Made by a program: the position numbers and the translations under genes | Shown here: in pieces, positions 30,706-42,541 of the stretch | How positions within the stretch are numbered: the first letter of the stretch is position 1 | Layout of the letters: each line of letters starts with the position of its first letter | Notes under the pieces: model-generated | Seen by the model: only the letters and a program-made list of their open reading frames with translations | Databases searched by the model: none | What the model was told of the DNA's origin: nothing | DNA from: Caecitellus pseudoparvulus | Taxonomy: Eukaryota > Protista > Bigyra: Bicosoecida | Reading direction: 5' to 3' | Assembly (NCBI GenBank): GCA_965644315.1 | Contig: CBFFRQ010000089.1 | Location: forward strand, 434,001-498,000 | DNA length: 64,000 bases

Positions 30706-31650
30706 TCACTGCACGACACAGCAGCACTTGGAGCCACCTGTTCCTCCGCCCGCACCGCCTCCTTGGGCAGACGATGACCTGTCCGCAGTCAGACTGGCCA
30801 TGGCGGGGTTGGCCGCCTGCGTCGCACGCAGGACGTTCACCCATCGCACAGCTTCCTCCGCGTTCTCGGCACGGAACAGGCGGAAGCGGTCCCATTGGAT
30901 GCTGAACTCGTTGGTGGCGACGCGGGCGCCACTTGGGCCTTCGTGGGTGCGAACTGCGGAACCAAGCGACGGGGGTGCGGAGTCGCAGTGGCGCAGAGGA
31001 GGCGCCGACACGCACTCTCTGGGGTGTGGGCCTTCCACAGGTCCATGGCACACAGCATGTTGGGGCTGTCCGAGCGCTTGTAGTACACGAAGTACCGGCC
31101 CACCACCTCGAACCAGCGCTTCTGCCACTTGCCGGCCGAGTTTTCCTTGCGCAAATACCTGTGCCACACATGGGGTGAGCACCGTGGCAGGTGAAAGGCG
31201 TGCACAGGTGAGAGTGCCCCAGACACAGTAGGCTCCCTGGACGCACCCTTTGATGACAGCTCGCGCCCTGTGCAGTGAGAGCGGGAGCAGAGGTGCAAGC
31301 CAGCAGAGCACACACTCAGCGGCAGGGCAGTTGCAAGCGTCTCACCGATCCTGCTGCTCTGCCAACTGCACCAATTGGCCCTTTGGGCGTGTGCTTGTTG
31401 CCACGGTGTAGTTGTCCGCGTCAGGCCCGCCGTCAGCGGCAGGACCAGCCCCGGAGCCTGCGGAGAGATCTTGGCAAAATCCGCAAGGGCAGGCAGGTGA
31501 AGTCTGCCCGTGCGACTCGCACGCACCTTGACGGCTTCCAGGCGTCGAAGTCGCGGCCATGGAGTCGGCTGAGGCCAGGGCCCTCTTGTCATCCGGAGTC
31601 GCCGGGGCCCTCGCGGCAGCGGACTGTCCCGCGCTGGCTGTGCTGGCCAT
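30706..31650 (-). CDS. Small PH-domain protein ending in a CaaX prenylation motif (CCCVVQ); 5 exons
   Basis: Introns 31526-31458, 31345-31268, 31246-31159, 31015-30954 give VIKGYLRKENSAGKWQKRWFEV..YYKRSD..FRAENAEEAVRWVNVL..GSKCCCVVQ*. Confidence 0.82.
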
Positions 31651-31939
31651 GCCTGGTGGAAGCCAGCAGACAGCAGTTGTTGCTACTCAAAGCGCTCGCA
31701 GGCGCCGCCAACGGCGAGCAGCGAGAGCCATGTGTGCAGAGGTGACGCTGAGGTTCCGCAGGGGGCAGAAAGTGTGCCATTGAGCGCGCTGGTCAGTGCT
31801 CTGAGGGGTGTCTGGCAACGTTCACTCGCCCTGCTCATTCTCCTTAATTCGCCACATCAAACATTCAGCAGTCATCTTCAGCCTTCGTCAGTGTCCTGTG
31901 CACCTCTTTGTGTCCCAGATACCCACTCCCCCTGTCACC

Positions 31940-32924
31940 ATGGCCTCCACTTCCGAGAACCCCGTCGTCTTCTTCGGTGCGTGGCGTTTGTAGAAACGGC
32001 GGCGCCGTGGCCTTGCTTCGGCACTGCACTACACTGGTGCTGTGCCCGTACACGGGCCCTGCAGCGTGCCTGTGCATGCCTGCATCGGTTGTTACGATCA
32101 TCCTTGTCCCACGACTTACCCCGCCTCCCCCATGCGCAGACATCGGTTAGTTGTTCCCTCCGGCTGAGGTGTGGCTGACAAGTCCGCACCAACGATTCTA
32201 GCATGGCCGTGCCGCACCCATGCCCGCACTTGCCCCCTCTCCCACCACACACAGAAATCGGTGGCAAGGCTGCTGGCCGCATCGAGATGACCCTGCGCGC
32301 TGATGTCGTGCCCAAGACCGTGCGTGGCGGCGGCGCTTCACCACGCCAACGGCTTGCATCAGCTGCACAACCGCCCACTGCCCTTGCACCCACAGGCCGA
32401 GAACTTCCGCGCTCTGTGCACTGGCGAGAAGGGCACTGGCAAGTCCGGCAAGGCTCTGTCCTACAAGGTGCGTGCTGTCACTCAACATCCTCGCTGCACT
32501 GCGGCGACAAGTCACTGTCCGTACTTCCGCACACGCCGTCTCACACTTCCCACCACCCTTTCCCCCTTCACAGGGCTGCGCCTTCCACCGCGTCATCCCC
32601 CAGTTCATGCTGCAGGGCGGTGACTTCACCCGCGGCAACGGCACCGGCGGCGAGAGCATCTACGGCGAGAAGTTCGAGGATGAGAACTTCACCCTGAAGC
32701 ACACTGGCCCCGGCATCCTGTCCATGGCCAACGCCGGCCCCAACACCAACGGCTCCCAGTTCTTCATCTGCACCGTCAAGACCGCCTGGCTGGACGGCAA
32801 GCACACCGTCTTCGGCTCCGTGACCAAGGGCATGGAGGTCGTTGAGGAGATCGAGAAGTACGGCTCTGACACCGGCGCCACCACCGCCAGCGTCGTCATC
32901 GCCGACTGCGGCCAGCTGTCTTAA
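31940..32924 (+). CDS. Cytosolic cyclophilin A-type peptidyl-prolyl cis-trans isomerase; 5 exons including a 6-nt microexon
   Basis: Exons 31940-31976, 32140-32145, 32255-32319, 32396-32467, 32574-32924 give [77 protein letters not shown]. Confidence 0.95.
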
Positions 32925-33623
32925 GTGCTCGGGTGCCCCAGTTGGGTCTTCGTCAATGCACTCATGACGCAGCGTGCGGCGTCCCCCTGCTTGAAAGCAG
33001 CGCACGTCAGGCCCCGCGTCGAGCCAGCGCAGGGCACAACCCACGGCACACCACTTTCCCATGGTACAGCTGAAGCTCGCAAAGGCAGGAGCTGTCCGCT
33101 GGCTTTATCATCGCTCGCTGTCTGCTTTGTGACTGGCCCTGCCACGAGTCGCAGGCCTGCACCAGCTGGCACTCCACTGCCTCCAGCCCCATCACGAGCT
33201 GACCCGCACCAGCCCGGTACGTTTCATGCTAGCCCCGCGGAGCTGTTGCATTGCAAGTGGGCCCCACTGCTGAGTGTGTAAATCTGTGTGTGTGTGCTGC
33301 TTCCATGGCTTGTGGCGCAGTGTGGAGGTGCTGTGCAGCGCTCGGAGGCGATGTGCAGGCGTTGGCAAGCACACTCCACCGTCAGGGCGGCCGCCAGCGT
33401 GCAGAGCGGCCCAGCGCCGCAGACGCCAGCATGCTGTTGCTGCAAGCATACTTGTGCTGCACATTTGCACCGGTTGTCCTCGGCACATGTGCTTTGCAGC
33501 GGGGATGTCGTTGTGTTGCCGTCCAAGCGTTACCGTCACCTTTCTTAACGTGCACAGGGGTACCTGGCACCAGCGCACGCGCAACCACCGAGCTGTGGAG
33601 ACTAAGAGCGACTCACAGTGGCT

Positions 33624-36600
33624 ATGGAACGAATTATGAAAGCTGCTCCAGGTGACCGGAAGGATCGGTCCCTGGGTGCCCTGTGCTGCAGGTGAGGAGG
33701 AAACGTGCAGTGCAGCAAAACGCCGCTGCAGTGCAGCACGCCTTTGGCCCGCCCCCCTCGCTGCGCAGGTTCATGGCGCACTTTCAAAGCGGGGAGAAGG
33801 ATTTGATCTGCCTGGACCAAGCAGCGTCTGACTTGGGCGTGGAGCGGCGGCGCATTTACGACGTCATCAACATCCTGGAGGCGCTGGAGGTGGTGTCCCG
33901 CAAGGAGAAGAATTACTACAGGTGGCACGGCCTGGGCAGCCTGAGCACCTCCATGCAGCACTTGCGGGCCCTGGCCGTCGCAGAGCAGTGTGTGCCCCTG
34001 CCTGAGGTGGAGGAGGAGGTGGCAGGCATGGGCCCACGCCCGTCCCTGCAGGCTGCCCGCGACACCGTGCGGGCCGTGCAGGCGGAGCGCGTCAAATACC
34101 GCTCCGAAGACAGCAGTGACAAGCGGGAGCGCAGCATGGGCGCCCTGGCCCAGCGCTTCCTGCAACTATTCCTGGTGGGCCGGCGCTCCATCACCTTGGA
34201 GTTCGCGGCAGATTGCCTGATGGAGGGCGACGGCACAGCCAAGATGAAGACTCGCGTGCGGCGGCTGTACGACATCGCCAACGTGCTGTGCATGCTGCGC
34301 ATCGTGGAGAAAGAGGCCATCCCCGGCACCCGCAAGCCGCTGTTCCTGTGGGTCGGCGTCGGCAGCATCCCTGACTTCACGCAGTTCAAGAGCAACGCGC
34401 CCGGAGGAGGGGCCAGCGTGGGTGGCACGTTTGGGGCGCCGGGGGCTGCGGCCCCCCCCCGGCAGCCCACAGCACCCCCCTCCACCCATGCGCCACCCAC
34501 AGGTCCGTCCGGGCACGGCATGCTGCCTCCCCGAGGGGGCGGCATCCCGCCTCACCTGCTCGCCGCCATGTCCATGCGGGCGGGAGGCGGGGGTGGACAC
34601 ACCGTACTCATGGGGGGACAGCTCATGCGTGTGCTGCCAGGCGGCATGGTGGTGCCAGCCAACATGGCCAGTGGGCCCACTGGAGCGCCGGGTGGCATGA
34701 CGGTGGTCATGATGAAGGGGCCGCGGGGGCCCACCCCCATCGCCGTGCCCAACATCCTCATCATGCAGCACATGGCAGCGCTGCAGGCAGGCGGAGGGAT
34801 GCGGGGGCCCCCTGCACCCCCCTCAACGGCCCCACCCGCCCCAGCACCCTCCTCCTCTGCCCCCACATCCACAGGTACGTGGCAGCAGATGCTGCCTGCC
34901 GTGCTGCCTGGCAGTGGTGGAGGGGGGGGCCTCCCAGTCGCCTCAGCGGGGCGAGTGTCGAGGGGGGGTACGGGCGTGGACATGGGGGGGGGTGGTGGCA
35001 CCGCCACCTCCGCTGCCCAAAGGTCCGGCTCCACCCAGGACGGCACGGTGACGGTGGCGTACCCCCTGCACTCCGCCCGGGTCCGGGTGGGTGCCCTGCA
35101 CCTGGGGGGGGACGCCGCCGCCGCACAGGTGCGCCCCACGACGCCCCTGTCCACGGATGCCGCCCCGGATGTGGGTGCCCAGCCCACCCACATCCTGGCT
35201 CAGGATGCGGCCGCCAGCCTCGCGTGTGGCCCCCGCGCGCACCGTGTGTCTCAGCTGCGCGGCAGCAGTGGGCCCAGGGAGCGGGGGGGTGGGCCCACCG
35301 TGCCTCTGTTGGTGCGTGGCAGCACCGGGTCCGTGCGGGGCCCTGCGCCCACACCCCCCTTCACGTCCCCCACGAGGGGGGTGGCGGGGGGGGAGGAGGA
35401 CTTGGTGTCGGAAGACGGGCGCGGGTCCATGGGGTGGATGGGGGGGGGTGCGGCGGACCCCGCCCCCACCTTCACCTGGACCTCCCACGCCCCCCTCGTG
35501 CCCCTCACCCCCATGCAGGAGCAGCGGGCGGACTCCGCCAACACGGGTGGGGGGGACCTGACGTCGCCCCCACCGCCCGTGTCCACCACCGGCACCTACG
35601 CCCCCAGCGCCACGGCCCCCACCCTGCCCCAGGCGACGCCGGGCGGGGCAGTTGGGCCCACCCCCCTCGGCTCCACCACGGCGCTCCAGGGGGGTGTGAC
35701 CCCCCTCAGCCTGGTGGCAGGAACAGGGCACGCAGACCTGTCCACCACCTCCTCCGCCGCATCCAACGCTCTGTACAAGCTGCTGGAGGCCAGTCTGTGC
35801 ACGGCCACGGGGCTGGGCAGTGGGGATGAGGGGGAGGAAGAGGGGGGGGGCGGCGGCCACCCTGTCCGCCTGTCTGGCAGCGTGGCCGCTCCCCACCCCG
35901 CCCGAGTCAGTGCGACGCCCACTGGTGAGGGGGACGACGGCGAGAGCGTGGTGGCGGATTTCATGGAAACTGCCAAGCAAATTCGCAGAAACATCGAGGA
36001 CGGCCGCCGCCGCGCAGAGGCCGACGGACCCCCCCCTGCCCGCACCACGGGGGGGGGGTCCGCCCGCCGTGCCGGCCGCAAACGGGCCCGGGAAGCGCGT
36101 GGCACGGAGGGACACCCCCCCCCCTCCACCACAGCCCCCCCCGACCCCGCTGCACTGCTGAACTTCAGCATGTTCAGCCCAGGCACAGGCCGGGGGCAGG
36201 GGGTGCGCAGGGGGGGTGGCGTGGCCATGCAGCCCCCCCCCAGCACCGGCGGCCCCCGGCGTGTCGCCCGCCGCACAGAGCACTTTGACAGCCCCCAGCG
36301 CACCCTGACCCCTGCCCGGGCCCTGTTGGGAGGGGACCTGCCCACCGGGCGGACACCGGCCCTGCTGCTGTCAGCTTGCGGACGGGGGGGGGCGCTGCTG
36401 TCCCCTGCTGCGGGACCCCCCCCCGCATCCCCCCCACCACCCCCCTCTGCCTCCACCGGCACCATCAACATGACCCTCAGTTCCACAGAGACGTCCCTAG
36501 CAGGGGGGGAGATACCCCCCTCCGCCCGCTCCTCGTGCCCCCCCTCCGGCACCAGCCACCTGCCTCTGTCCTCAGCACGTGGCGGCAGCCTGCCCAGCAG

Positions 36601-36742
36601 GCGTATGTCCGCGGCGGGGGGCGGCCTGCTCAGCCCCATCCCCTCCCTGAACTTGGCGGAGCGCCTGAACCGAGTGGCGTCGGGGCGCAAACTAGGCGGC
36701 GCGCCCGCCTCCCCTGGCACCAGCCGGAACCTCATTCTGTGA
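33624..36742 (+). CDS. Atypical E2F (DEL/E2F7-8-like) transcription factor with two E2F DNA-binding domains; 2 exons
   Basis: Exon 1 33624-33691 (RKDRSLGALCCR), intron 33692-33768. DBD1 LGVERRRIYDVINILE; DBD2 RERSMGALAQRF..KTRVRRLYDIANVL. Long disordered tail. Confidence 0.9.
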
Positions 36743-36831
36743 GTTTGTGCACAACAATGCAGCGTCGCGTGACGCGCCGGCCACCCTCTGCCCCACACCA
36801 CCAGGACCGTTGTGCACCCCATCGCCAAACC

Positions 36832-39021
36832 ATGGGCTCCTCACCCAGCAAAGACGCGCTTGCAGGCGGCACCGGCATCGTCCCGGGCGTGAGTGATGCG
36901 GAACTTTACCCCCGTGCTGGTTCAGGCTGCCATGATCTTGTCAGCATTCCGCACTTCCTCGACGCACAGGCCGCAGATGGGGCTCCTGCAGGCGCAACGC
37001 CAGGGGGCCAAATTCCGCAACCCAACACCCACTCCACTGCCCCCAGCGCCGCCGCCACGCCGCCAGTAGATGGCTCAGAGAGTGGGGGCTCAGCGGTGGC
37101 AACGCCCCCGGTGGCTGTGCCGAGCATTTCCGGCATTGAAGCTGCAGTGGACTTGGCGGCAGCTGCAGGCGCGGAGCGGGACGGCGATGGCCTGCTGTTG
37201 ACGCAGGAAGTGGCGCAAAAAGGGAAGGTGGACTTCTTCAGCGCTCACGCCAGCATGCTATCGCCTTTCCTGCGAGTTTCCAGTGCTGAGCCAGCCACGC
37301 GCAGAGCCCTTCTGCACGCTGCAGGTGTGGGCGTGGTCGTCAACGCAGCAGCCGACGCAGTGCCTTGCAAGTTCCGCAGAGATGGCGTCCCCTACACGTC
37401 GTTGTGTGTCGCGGACACCTCCAGCACCGAGTTGAGCAACCTCTTCCCTGCCATCTGTGCCCTCCTAAAGGCTGCAGAGCAGGCCAGCGTGCCAGCCCTC
37501 GTCCACTGCCACCAGGGCGTTTCGCGCTCTGGCACGCTGGCAGTGGCATACATCATGTGGCGGTGGGGCGCAGACCTGGACACAGCGGTGGCCGCCGCGC
37601 GCCGAGTGCGTGGCATCATCTCCCCCAACCCTGGTTTCCGCCTGCAGCTGCAGGAGTGGGGGTGGTGGCTAGCGCGGTGGCGAGAGGGTCCAGCCGTATC
37701 CTCCCTCGCAGACCTGCCGTGGGTGCCAGCAGGCGAGGCTGCGGCAGCAGGTGGTGTTCCGCGTTCCTCTCCAGATGGCAAGTGGACCTTGTGTGACGTC
37801 ACCCTGGACCCTGCCGCGCCCCTGCCCGTGTACAGCGCGGCTCGCCTGGCGCCAGGCATGTTTGACGTTGCTGCGGTGCCAGTGACTCCCACCACACCTG
37901 CCCAGCTGCAGCTGTTCACTGCCAGCGCACCAGAGGCACCCAGCCTGGAATCGTTGCCTTGTTTTCATCCTCATGAGGCCCTGCCGCCCAGTTTCAAAGT
38001 GGTGCCGGCGGAAGGCAAGGCTGACACCTCCACCGGTGCGGTGCTTGCACAGCAAGCTGCGCCGGGCTTTGCAGCCTTCACCTGCCGCAAGCTGCTCATT
38101 CCGCGGAGGTGTGACACGACCCACCTGCTCCTGGCCCCTGCACGAGACGCTCTGGCGTCCACTAGCGTGACGTTGCTGACTCACGCCCCCGGTGGGCCAC
38201 TTCCGCCCCTTGCAGTGTGGGTTGGTGCGGAAGTGGCCCCCGAGGTGGTGGAGGCATGTTTGGCCGCAGTGGCCAGCACCCTGCAGGCTTGGAAGACACT
38301 CTTTCCGGCTCTGGCGCAGCAGCCATGGGCCGCCTGGCCCCTGCCTCTTCTGAAGGAGGGCTCGGAGGAAGCGGCGGCGTTTGCCGCGCACCTGCCTGCG
38401 ACGAACGTGGCCACCGCAACTCCCCCTGCCCCCCCAGCCACCTCTCGGAGGGGGCCTTCCACGATTGCCCACCTGGCAAGTGTTGACCCTGGTGCGGCTG
38501 ATGTCTCCACGGGGCCAGATGCGCCCCCCCTTGCTCCGCGCGGAGCGAAGGGAGGTGCCGCGGTCCTTGCGGGCGCTGGGTCAGCCGTTGCCGCTGACGA
38601 CGAGGAGGAGGAGGAGGATGATAACCCCAGCATGTACTTAGGTCGTCCTTCCCTGTACTCCCTTGCCAATAGCGGCACCTCCGGTAGTGTGGAGTGGGAC
38701 CGGTGCGGAGAGTACGATGATGACGACCTCGTGCCCGGCAGCACACTGGCGCTGGTGGTGGTGGGCGCAGGCGCGGGTGCGGAGGGTGGCGATGCCTTTG
38801 ACATCTCAGCGGCGGATGCACCGCAGCAGCCCCACACTGTGTACCTTTGGGCTGCTGCACACGGGGAGGGGGACCGAACGGACCTGGCCACTGCAGCACT
38901 GCACGCTCACTACACAGCGCGGGGGCTGGCCCTGCCACCAGGCGTCAAGCCCAGCGTCCAGGCAGAAGTGAGTGGGGCAGAAAGCGATGCATTCTGGGAA
39001 CACTTTGAAGCTGGGTTCTAA
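36832..39021 (+). CDS. Dual-specificity protein phosphatase, MKP1-like, with probable gelsolin-like C-terminal domain(s) and N-myristoylation motif
   Basis: N-terminus MGSSPSK. Catalytic VHCHQGVSRSGTLAVAYIM and ISPNPGF. Gelsolin-like ends VWVG..KEGSEEAAAF and VYLW..SGAESDAFWEHF. Confidence 0.82.
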   Translation: MGSSPSKDALAGGTGIVPGVSDAELYPRAGSGCHDLVSIPHFLDAQAADGAPAGATPGGQIPQPNTHSTAPSAAATPPVDGSESGGSAVATPPVAVPSISGIEAAVDLAAAAGAERDGDGLLLTQEVAQKGKVDFFSAHASMLSPFLRVSSAEPATRRALLHAAGVGVVVNAAADAVPCKFRRDGVPYTSLCVADTSSTELSNLFPAICALLKAAEQASVPALVHCHQGVSRSGTLAVAYIMWRWGADLDTAVAAARRVRGIISPNPGFRLQLQEWGWWLARWREGPAVSSLADLPWVPAGEAAAAGGVPRSSPDGKWTLCDVTLDPAAPLPVYSAARLAPGMFDVAAVPVTPTTPAQLQLFTASAPEAPSLESLPCFHPHEALPPSFKVVPAEGKADTSTGAVLAQQAAPGFAAFTCRKLLIPRRCDTTHLLLAPARDALASTSVTLLTHAPGGPLPPLAVWVGAEVAPEVVEACLAAVASTLQAWKTLFPALAQQPWAAWPLPLLKEGSEEAAAFAAHLPATNVATATPPAPPATSRRGPSTIAHLASVDPGAADVSTGPDAPPLAPRGAKGGAAVLAGAGSAVAADDEEEEEDDNPSMYLGRPSLYSLANSGTSGSVEWDRCGEYDDDDLVPGSTLALVVVGAGAGAEGGDAFDISAADAPQQPHTVYLWAAAHGEGDRTDLATAALHAHYTARGLALPPGVKPSVQAEVSGAESDAFWEHFEAGF

Positions 39022-40658
39022 GGTGTCGAGGTTCGGGCCAGTGCATGCGCTTGGGGCTGGGAACCGTCAGCTGCCTCCTCAGCAGAGTCTTGAGACGGCA
39101 GCAGCTGGTGAGTTTCGGAGTCCCCGCGCCCCGCGCTCACGGCGCCCATTGCGCCTGCGAATGCAATGATGCTACCAGCGTACGCTGCACCCACCACGAG
39201 GAAGAGGGGCGTCCCGATGTGGCCGGCAAACGGCCCTTGCACGAATGCGCCCAGCACAAGTGGCCCGACGCTGCCCACCAAGTTCCCCACCAGGCTGAAC
39301 AGGCCGGCAGCAGTGCCATGGGTGGACTTGGGCAGCTCCCGGAACATAGTTGCCAGTGTCGGGCCAAACCACGCCTCCGCCGTCAAGTACTGTGCCAGCA
39401 GTCCAGTCAGCGCCAGGCCGAAATCCGCAGCAAACACCATCAACGCGATGGCAGGCACAGCCAGGGCCGAGCCGAGAATGGGCACCAAGAGACGCGTAGA
39501 TACACGTGGGAGTGCCCGCCCGAAGCAGGGCATGCCGGGCGTCTGTGCTCGCCGTCGCGCCAACCAGTCGCCCAGCATGCCCCCTCCAAACGACGCCGCG
39601 GCGCCGCCTAGACCGATGATGGCGGCGTTGGCCACAGCGTATGCATCCGCCCGGGCTGGGAAGGCTTGCCCAAAATACTTGGGCTGGAACGCCCCCAGGG
39701 ACAGCCCGCCCACATACCTCAGCGCTGCAGCGGCCAGAATCCAGCGAACGGTGTTCGGGGCCAGAGCGGCGAGGGACAGGTGGCCCATGTGCCGCAGTGT
39801 GGGCCCACACCCCGCCCGAGTCGCAGAGGGCACCACAGGAGCTGCCTGGAGCCCTTGTTCCACATGGCCAGAGGCGCCTCCCTCAGACAACCCCTCCGCC
39901 TTCAGTGGCTGCGAGGGGGGTGCAGGGGGGCCCGCGTCCGGCGGCAGCACGCACCACAGTGGCACAGCACATGCCAGCCCGGCCACGCCCGCCACCAAGA
40001 CAGTGCCGCGCCACCCCAGCGCCGAGTGAGCCATGAGGATGGACAGGGAGGAGAAACCGCCCCCAAGGTACACGCCAAACGACAGCAGGCCCAGAGCAGT
40101 CCCCGTCGCTGACAGCGGGCAACTGCGCATGACGATGGCTTGGGCCATGGGTGTGGCCAGGGACTCCGCCGCGCCTAGGATGAGGCGCAGGAGCAGCAGG
40201 TGCCAAAAGCGCGAGGCCAGCGCCTGTGCCGCGGCGGCGACGCTCCAAACGACCAGGGCTGTGACCAGAAACGCCTTGTGAGCGCCCAGCGCGTCGGCTG
40301 CCGTGCCGCCGCCAACACTGCCAACCACATACAGCAACGTGAATCCGAAGCCATTCAAGAGGCCAAACTGCACGGTGTCAGTGCAGGTTCCTTCTTGTAT
40401 GTTCACGCGGCTGAGGCCGCGCTGCTCCAGGCAGCGCTGGCACGCTCCCAAGGTGGAGTTGGCCGGCGCCGAAGCCGACACGCCACACAACGTGAGCTTC
40501 GTCGCCGGCACCGCCTCGCAGGGCTCGCCACGCCCCGTGCACACGCTTGTGCTGGAGAGGTAGGCCAGCTGGTACTTGTCCCACTGGTTCAGCATGTACA
40601 CTAACACCAGCATGCCCACCACTGCCCAGGCACGCCCTGGCAAGATGGCTGCAGCCAT
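39018..40658 (-). CDS. MFS transporter, spinster-like
   Basis: ~12 hydrophobic helices. LVLVYMLNQWDK; FGLLNGFGFTLLY; FWHLLLLRLILGAAES; GGMLGDWL. Intronless. Confidence 0.88.
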   Translation of the reverse strand: MAAAILPGRAWAVVGMLVLVYMLNQWDKYQLAYLSSTSVCTGRGEPCEAVPATKLTLCGVSASAPANSTLGACQRCLEQRGLSRVNIQEGTCTDTVQFGLLNGFGFTLLYVVGSVGGGTAADALGAHKAFLVTALVVWSVAAAAQALASRFWHLLLLRLILGAAESLATPMAQAIVMRSCPLSATGTALGLLSFGVYLGGGFSSLSILMAHSALGWRGTVLVAGVAGLACAVPLWCVLPPDAGPPAPPSQPLKAEGLSEGGASGHVEQGLQAAPVVPSATRAGCGPTLRHMGHLSLAALAPNTVRWILAAAALRYVGGLSLGAFQPKYFGQAFPARADAYAVANAAIIGLGGAAASFGGGMLGDWLARRRAQTPGMPCFGRALPRVSTRLLVPILGSALAVPAIALMVFAADFGLALTGLLAQYLTAEAWFGPTLATMFRELPKSTHGTAAGLFSLVGNLVGSVGPLVLGAFVQGPFAGHIGTPLFLVVGAAYAGSIIAFAGAMGAVSAGRGDSETHQLLPSQDSAEEAADGSQPQAHALARTSTP

Positions 40659-40966
40659 GCGGTAATTGAAGCGCCGAATTCGCCAGACATGCCTGGGGCA
40701 GGACCCTCGCACGAGCCCAGGTCAGGGGGGTCGGAAAGTCAAACAGGCACTGTACATATATAAACACTCTTCACAACACGCAAGGCCTTTGCAAACCGCC
40801 CAGGTTGTCTCGCACTGTGCATTGTGACTTGGTGTCAAACTCGATCCAGCAATCCGTGCGCAGCGCCCGTCAGCTGATTCGTGCAGCTGGGGACGCCGCC
40901 AAGGCTGCTGTACCCGCCAGGTACCCCACGAAGTGGGAATTTCATTGACTTCCTTCACACCTTGCC

Positions 40967-42541
40967 ATGCTCCAAGCGGCAACTTCTCTGTTCCGGCGCG
41001 GGGGACTGCAGACAGCCTCGCCCGTCAGGTGCGGCTTTTGACGCACGACACAGACGCCAAGCACTCGCCCTGGCAGGCACGCACTCCGTCCTTTCCGGCC
41101 CCCCTTGCGCAGGGCATTTGCTTCAGCTGCTACTGATGCGTTTGACTATGTTGTCGTTGGTGGCGGCAGTGGAGGCATTGCCAGCGCCCGGCGCGCAGCC
41201 CAGCACGGCGCCAAGGTGGCTGTCATTGAAGGCTCCAAGCTGGGTGGCACCTGTGTCAACGTTGGCTGCGTGCCCAAGAAGGTCATGTGGCATGCAGCGG
41301 AGCTAGGGGCCGCTGTGGGCCATGCGTCGGAGTACGGGTGGCAGGGCGTGGGCGCACCGACGATGGATTTGGCGATGCTCAAGTCCAAGCGGGACGCCTA
41401 CGTGCAGCGGCTGAACGGCATCTACGCCCGCAATTTGGAGGCGTCGGGTGTCACGTCCATCTCTGGATGGGGCTCCTTGGTGGGGGAAGGCCGCGTGGCC
41501 GTGCGTGGCGCGGACGGTGCGACGCACGAAGTGAGCGGGAAAAATGTGTTGCTTGCACCGGGCGGCAAGCCGTGGGTGCCGGCTGAGCCGTGGGCTGCCC
41601 ACAGCATCACCTCAGACGAATTCTTTGATCTAGACACAGTCCCCAAGCATGCTGTGGTGGTGGGCGGCGGCTACATTGGCTGTGAGCTGGCCGGCATTCT
41701 TGCAAGCCTCGGCAGCAAGGTCACCATGGTGATTCGCGGCGGATGCCCGCTGCGTGGCTTCGACAGCCTGGTGGTGGACACCGTCATGGCTGCCATGGTG
41801 GAGGCGGGCGTGGATGTGAAGTGTGAGTCCAACATCGTGGACGCCTCTGGCGACGAAGGTGACTTGACCCTCGCCCTGGACAACGGCAGCAGCCTGTCGG
41901 GTGTGGACTGCCTGCTCATGGCCACAGGGCGAGTGCCCTTCACCGACGGCCTGGGCCTGGACACCGTGGGGGCAGAGCTGCTGCCGTCAGGTGCTGTCAA
42001 GACAGATGCAGGGCAGACCACCTCCCTGCCCTGGCTGCATGCAGTGGGCGACGTGACGGGCCACGCCCAACTGACGCCGGTGGCAATTGCCGCGGGGCGG
42101 TTGCTGGCAGACCGCCTCTTTGGCGGTTACCCACACGCCAAGTTGGAGTACGAGAACATCCCCACTGTCATGTTCACCCACCCGCCCATCGGCACCATCG
42201 GGCTGACGGAGGAGGCTGCCGTGGAGCGTTTCGGCGCCGACGCCGTGCAGACATTCACATCCACCTTTGCCAGCCTGTTCTTCGGCATCATGGAACACAA
42301 GGGCAAGACCGCCATGAAACTCGTCACGACGGGGCCGGAGCAGCGCATTGTCGGCCTGCACGTGGCGGGGCAGGGCGCCGACGAGATGCTGCAGGGCTTC
42401 GCCGTGGCGGTCAAGATGGGCGCCACCAAGGCGGACTTCGACAGCGTCGTGGCCATCCACCCCACCTCGGCGGAGGAATTCGTCACCATGCAGCCGTGGG
42501 CCCCGCACAGCCGTGGGGACAAGAGTGCAACCAGCCGCTAA
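40967..42541 (+). CDS. GSR: Glutathione-disulfide reductase with probable mitochondrial presequence; 2 exons
   Basis: Exon 1 40967-41028 (MLQAATSLFRRGGLQTASPVR), intron to 41112. GGGSGG, GGTCVNVGCVPKK, GGGYIG, LTPVAIAAGR, HPTSAEEF. Confidence 0.95.

Noticed and set aside
32925-33623. Short Cys-rich ORFs between cyclophilin and E2F
   Set aside because: They derive from TG-rich intergenic/UTR sequence; no coherent domain or codon bias.
36376-36831. ORF-track N-terminal extension of the phosphatase
   Set aside because: It overlaps the E2F CDS in another frame from a non-ATG start; ATG 36832 gives a plausible myristoylation N-terminus.
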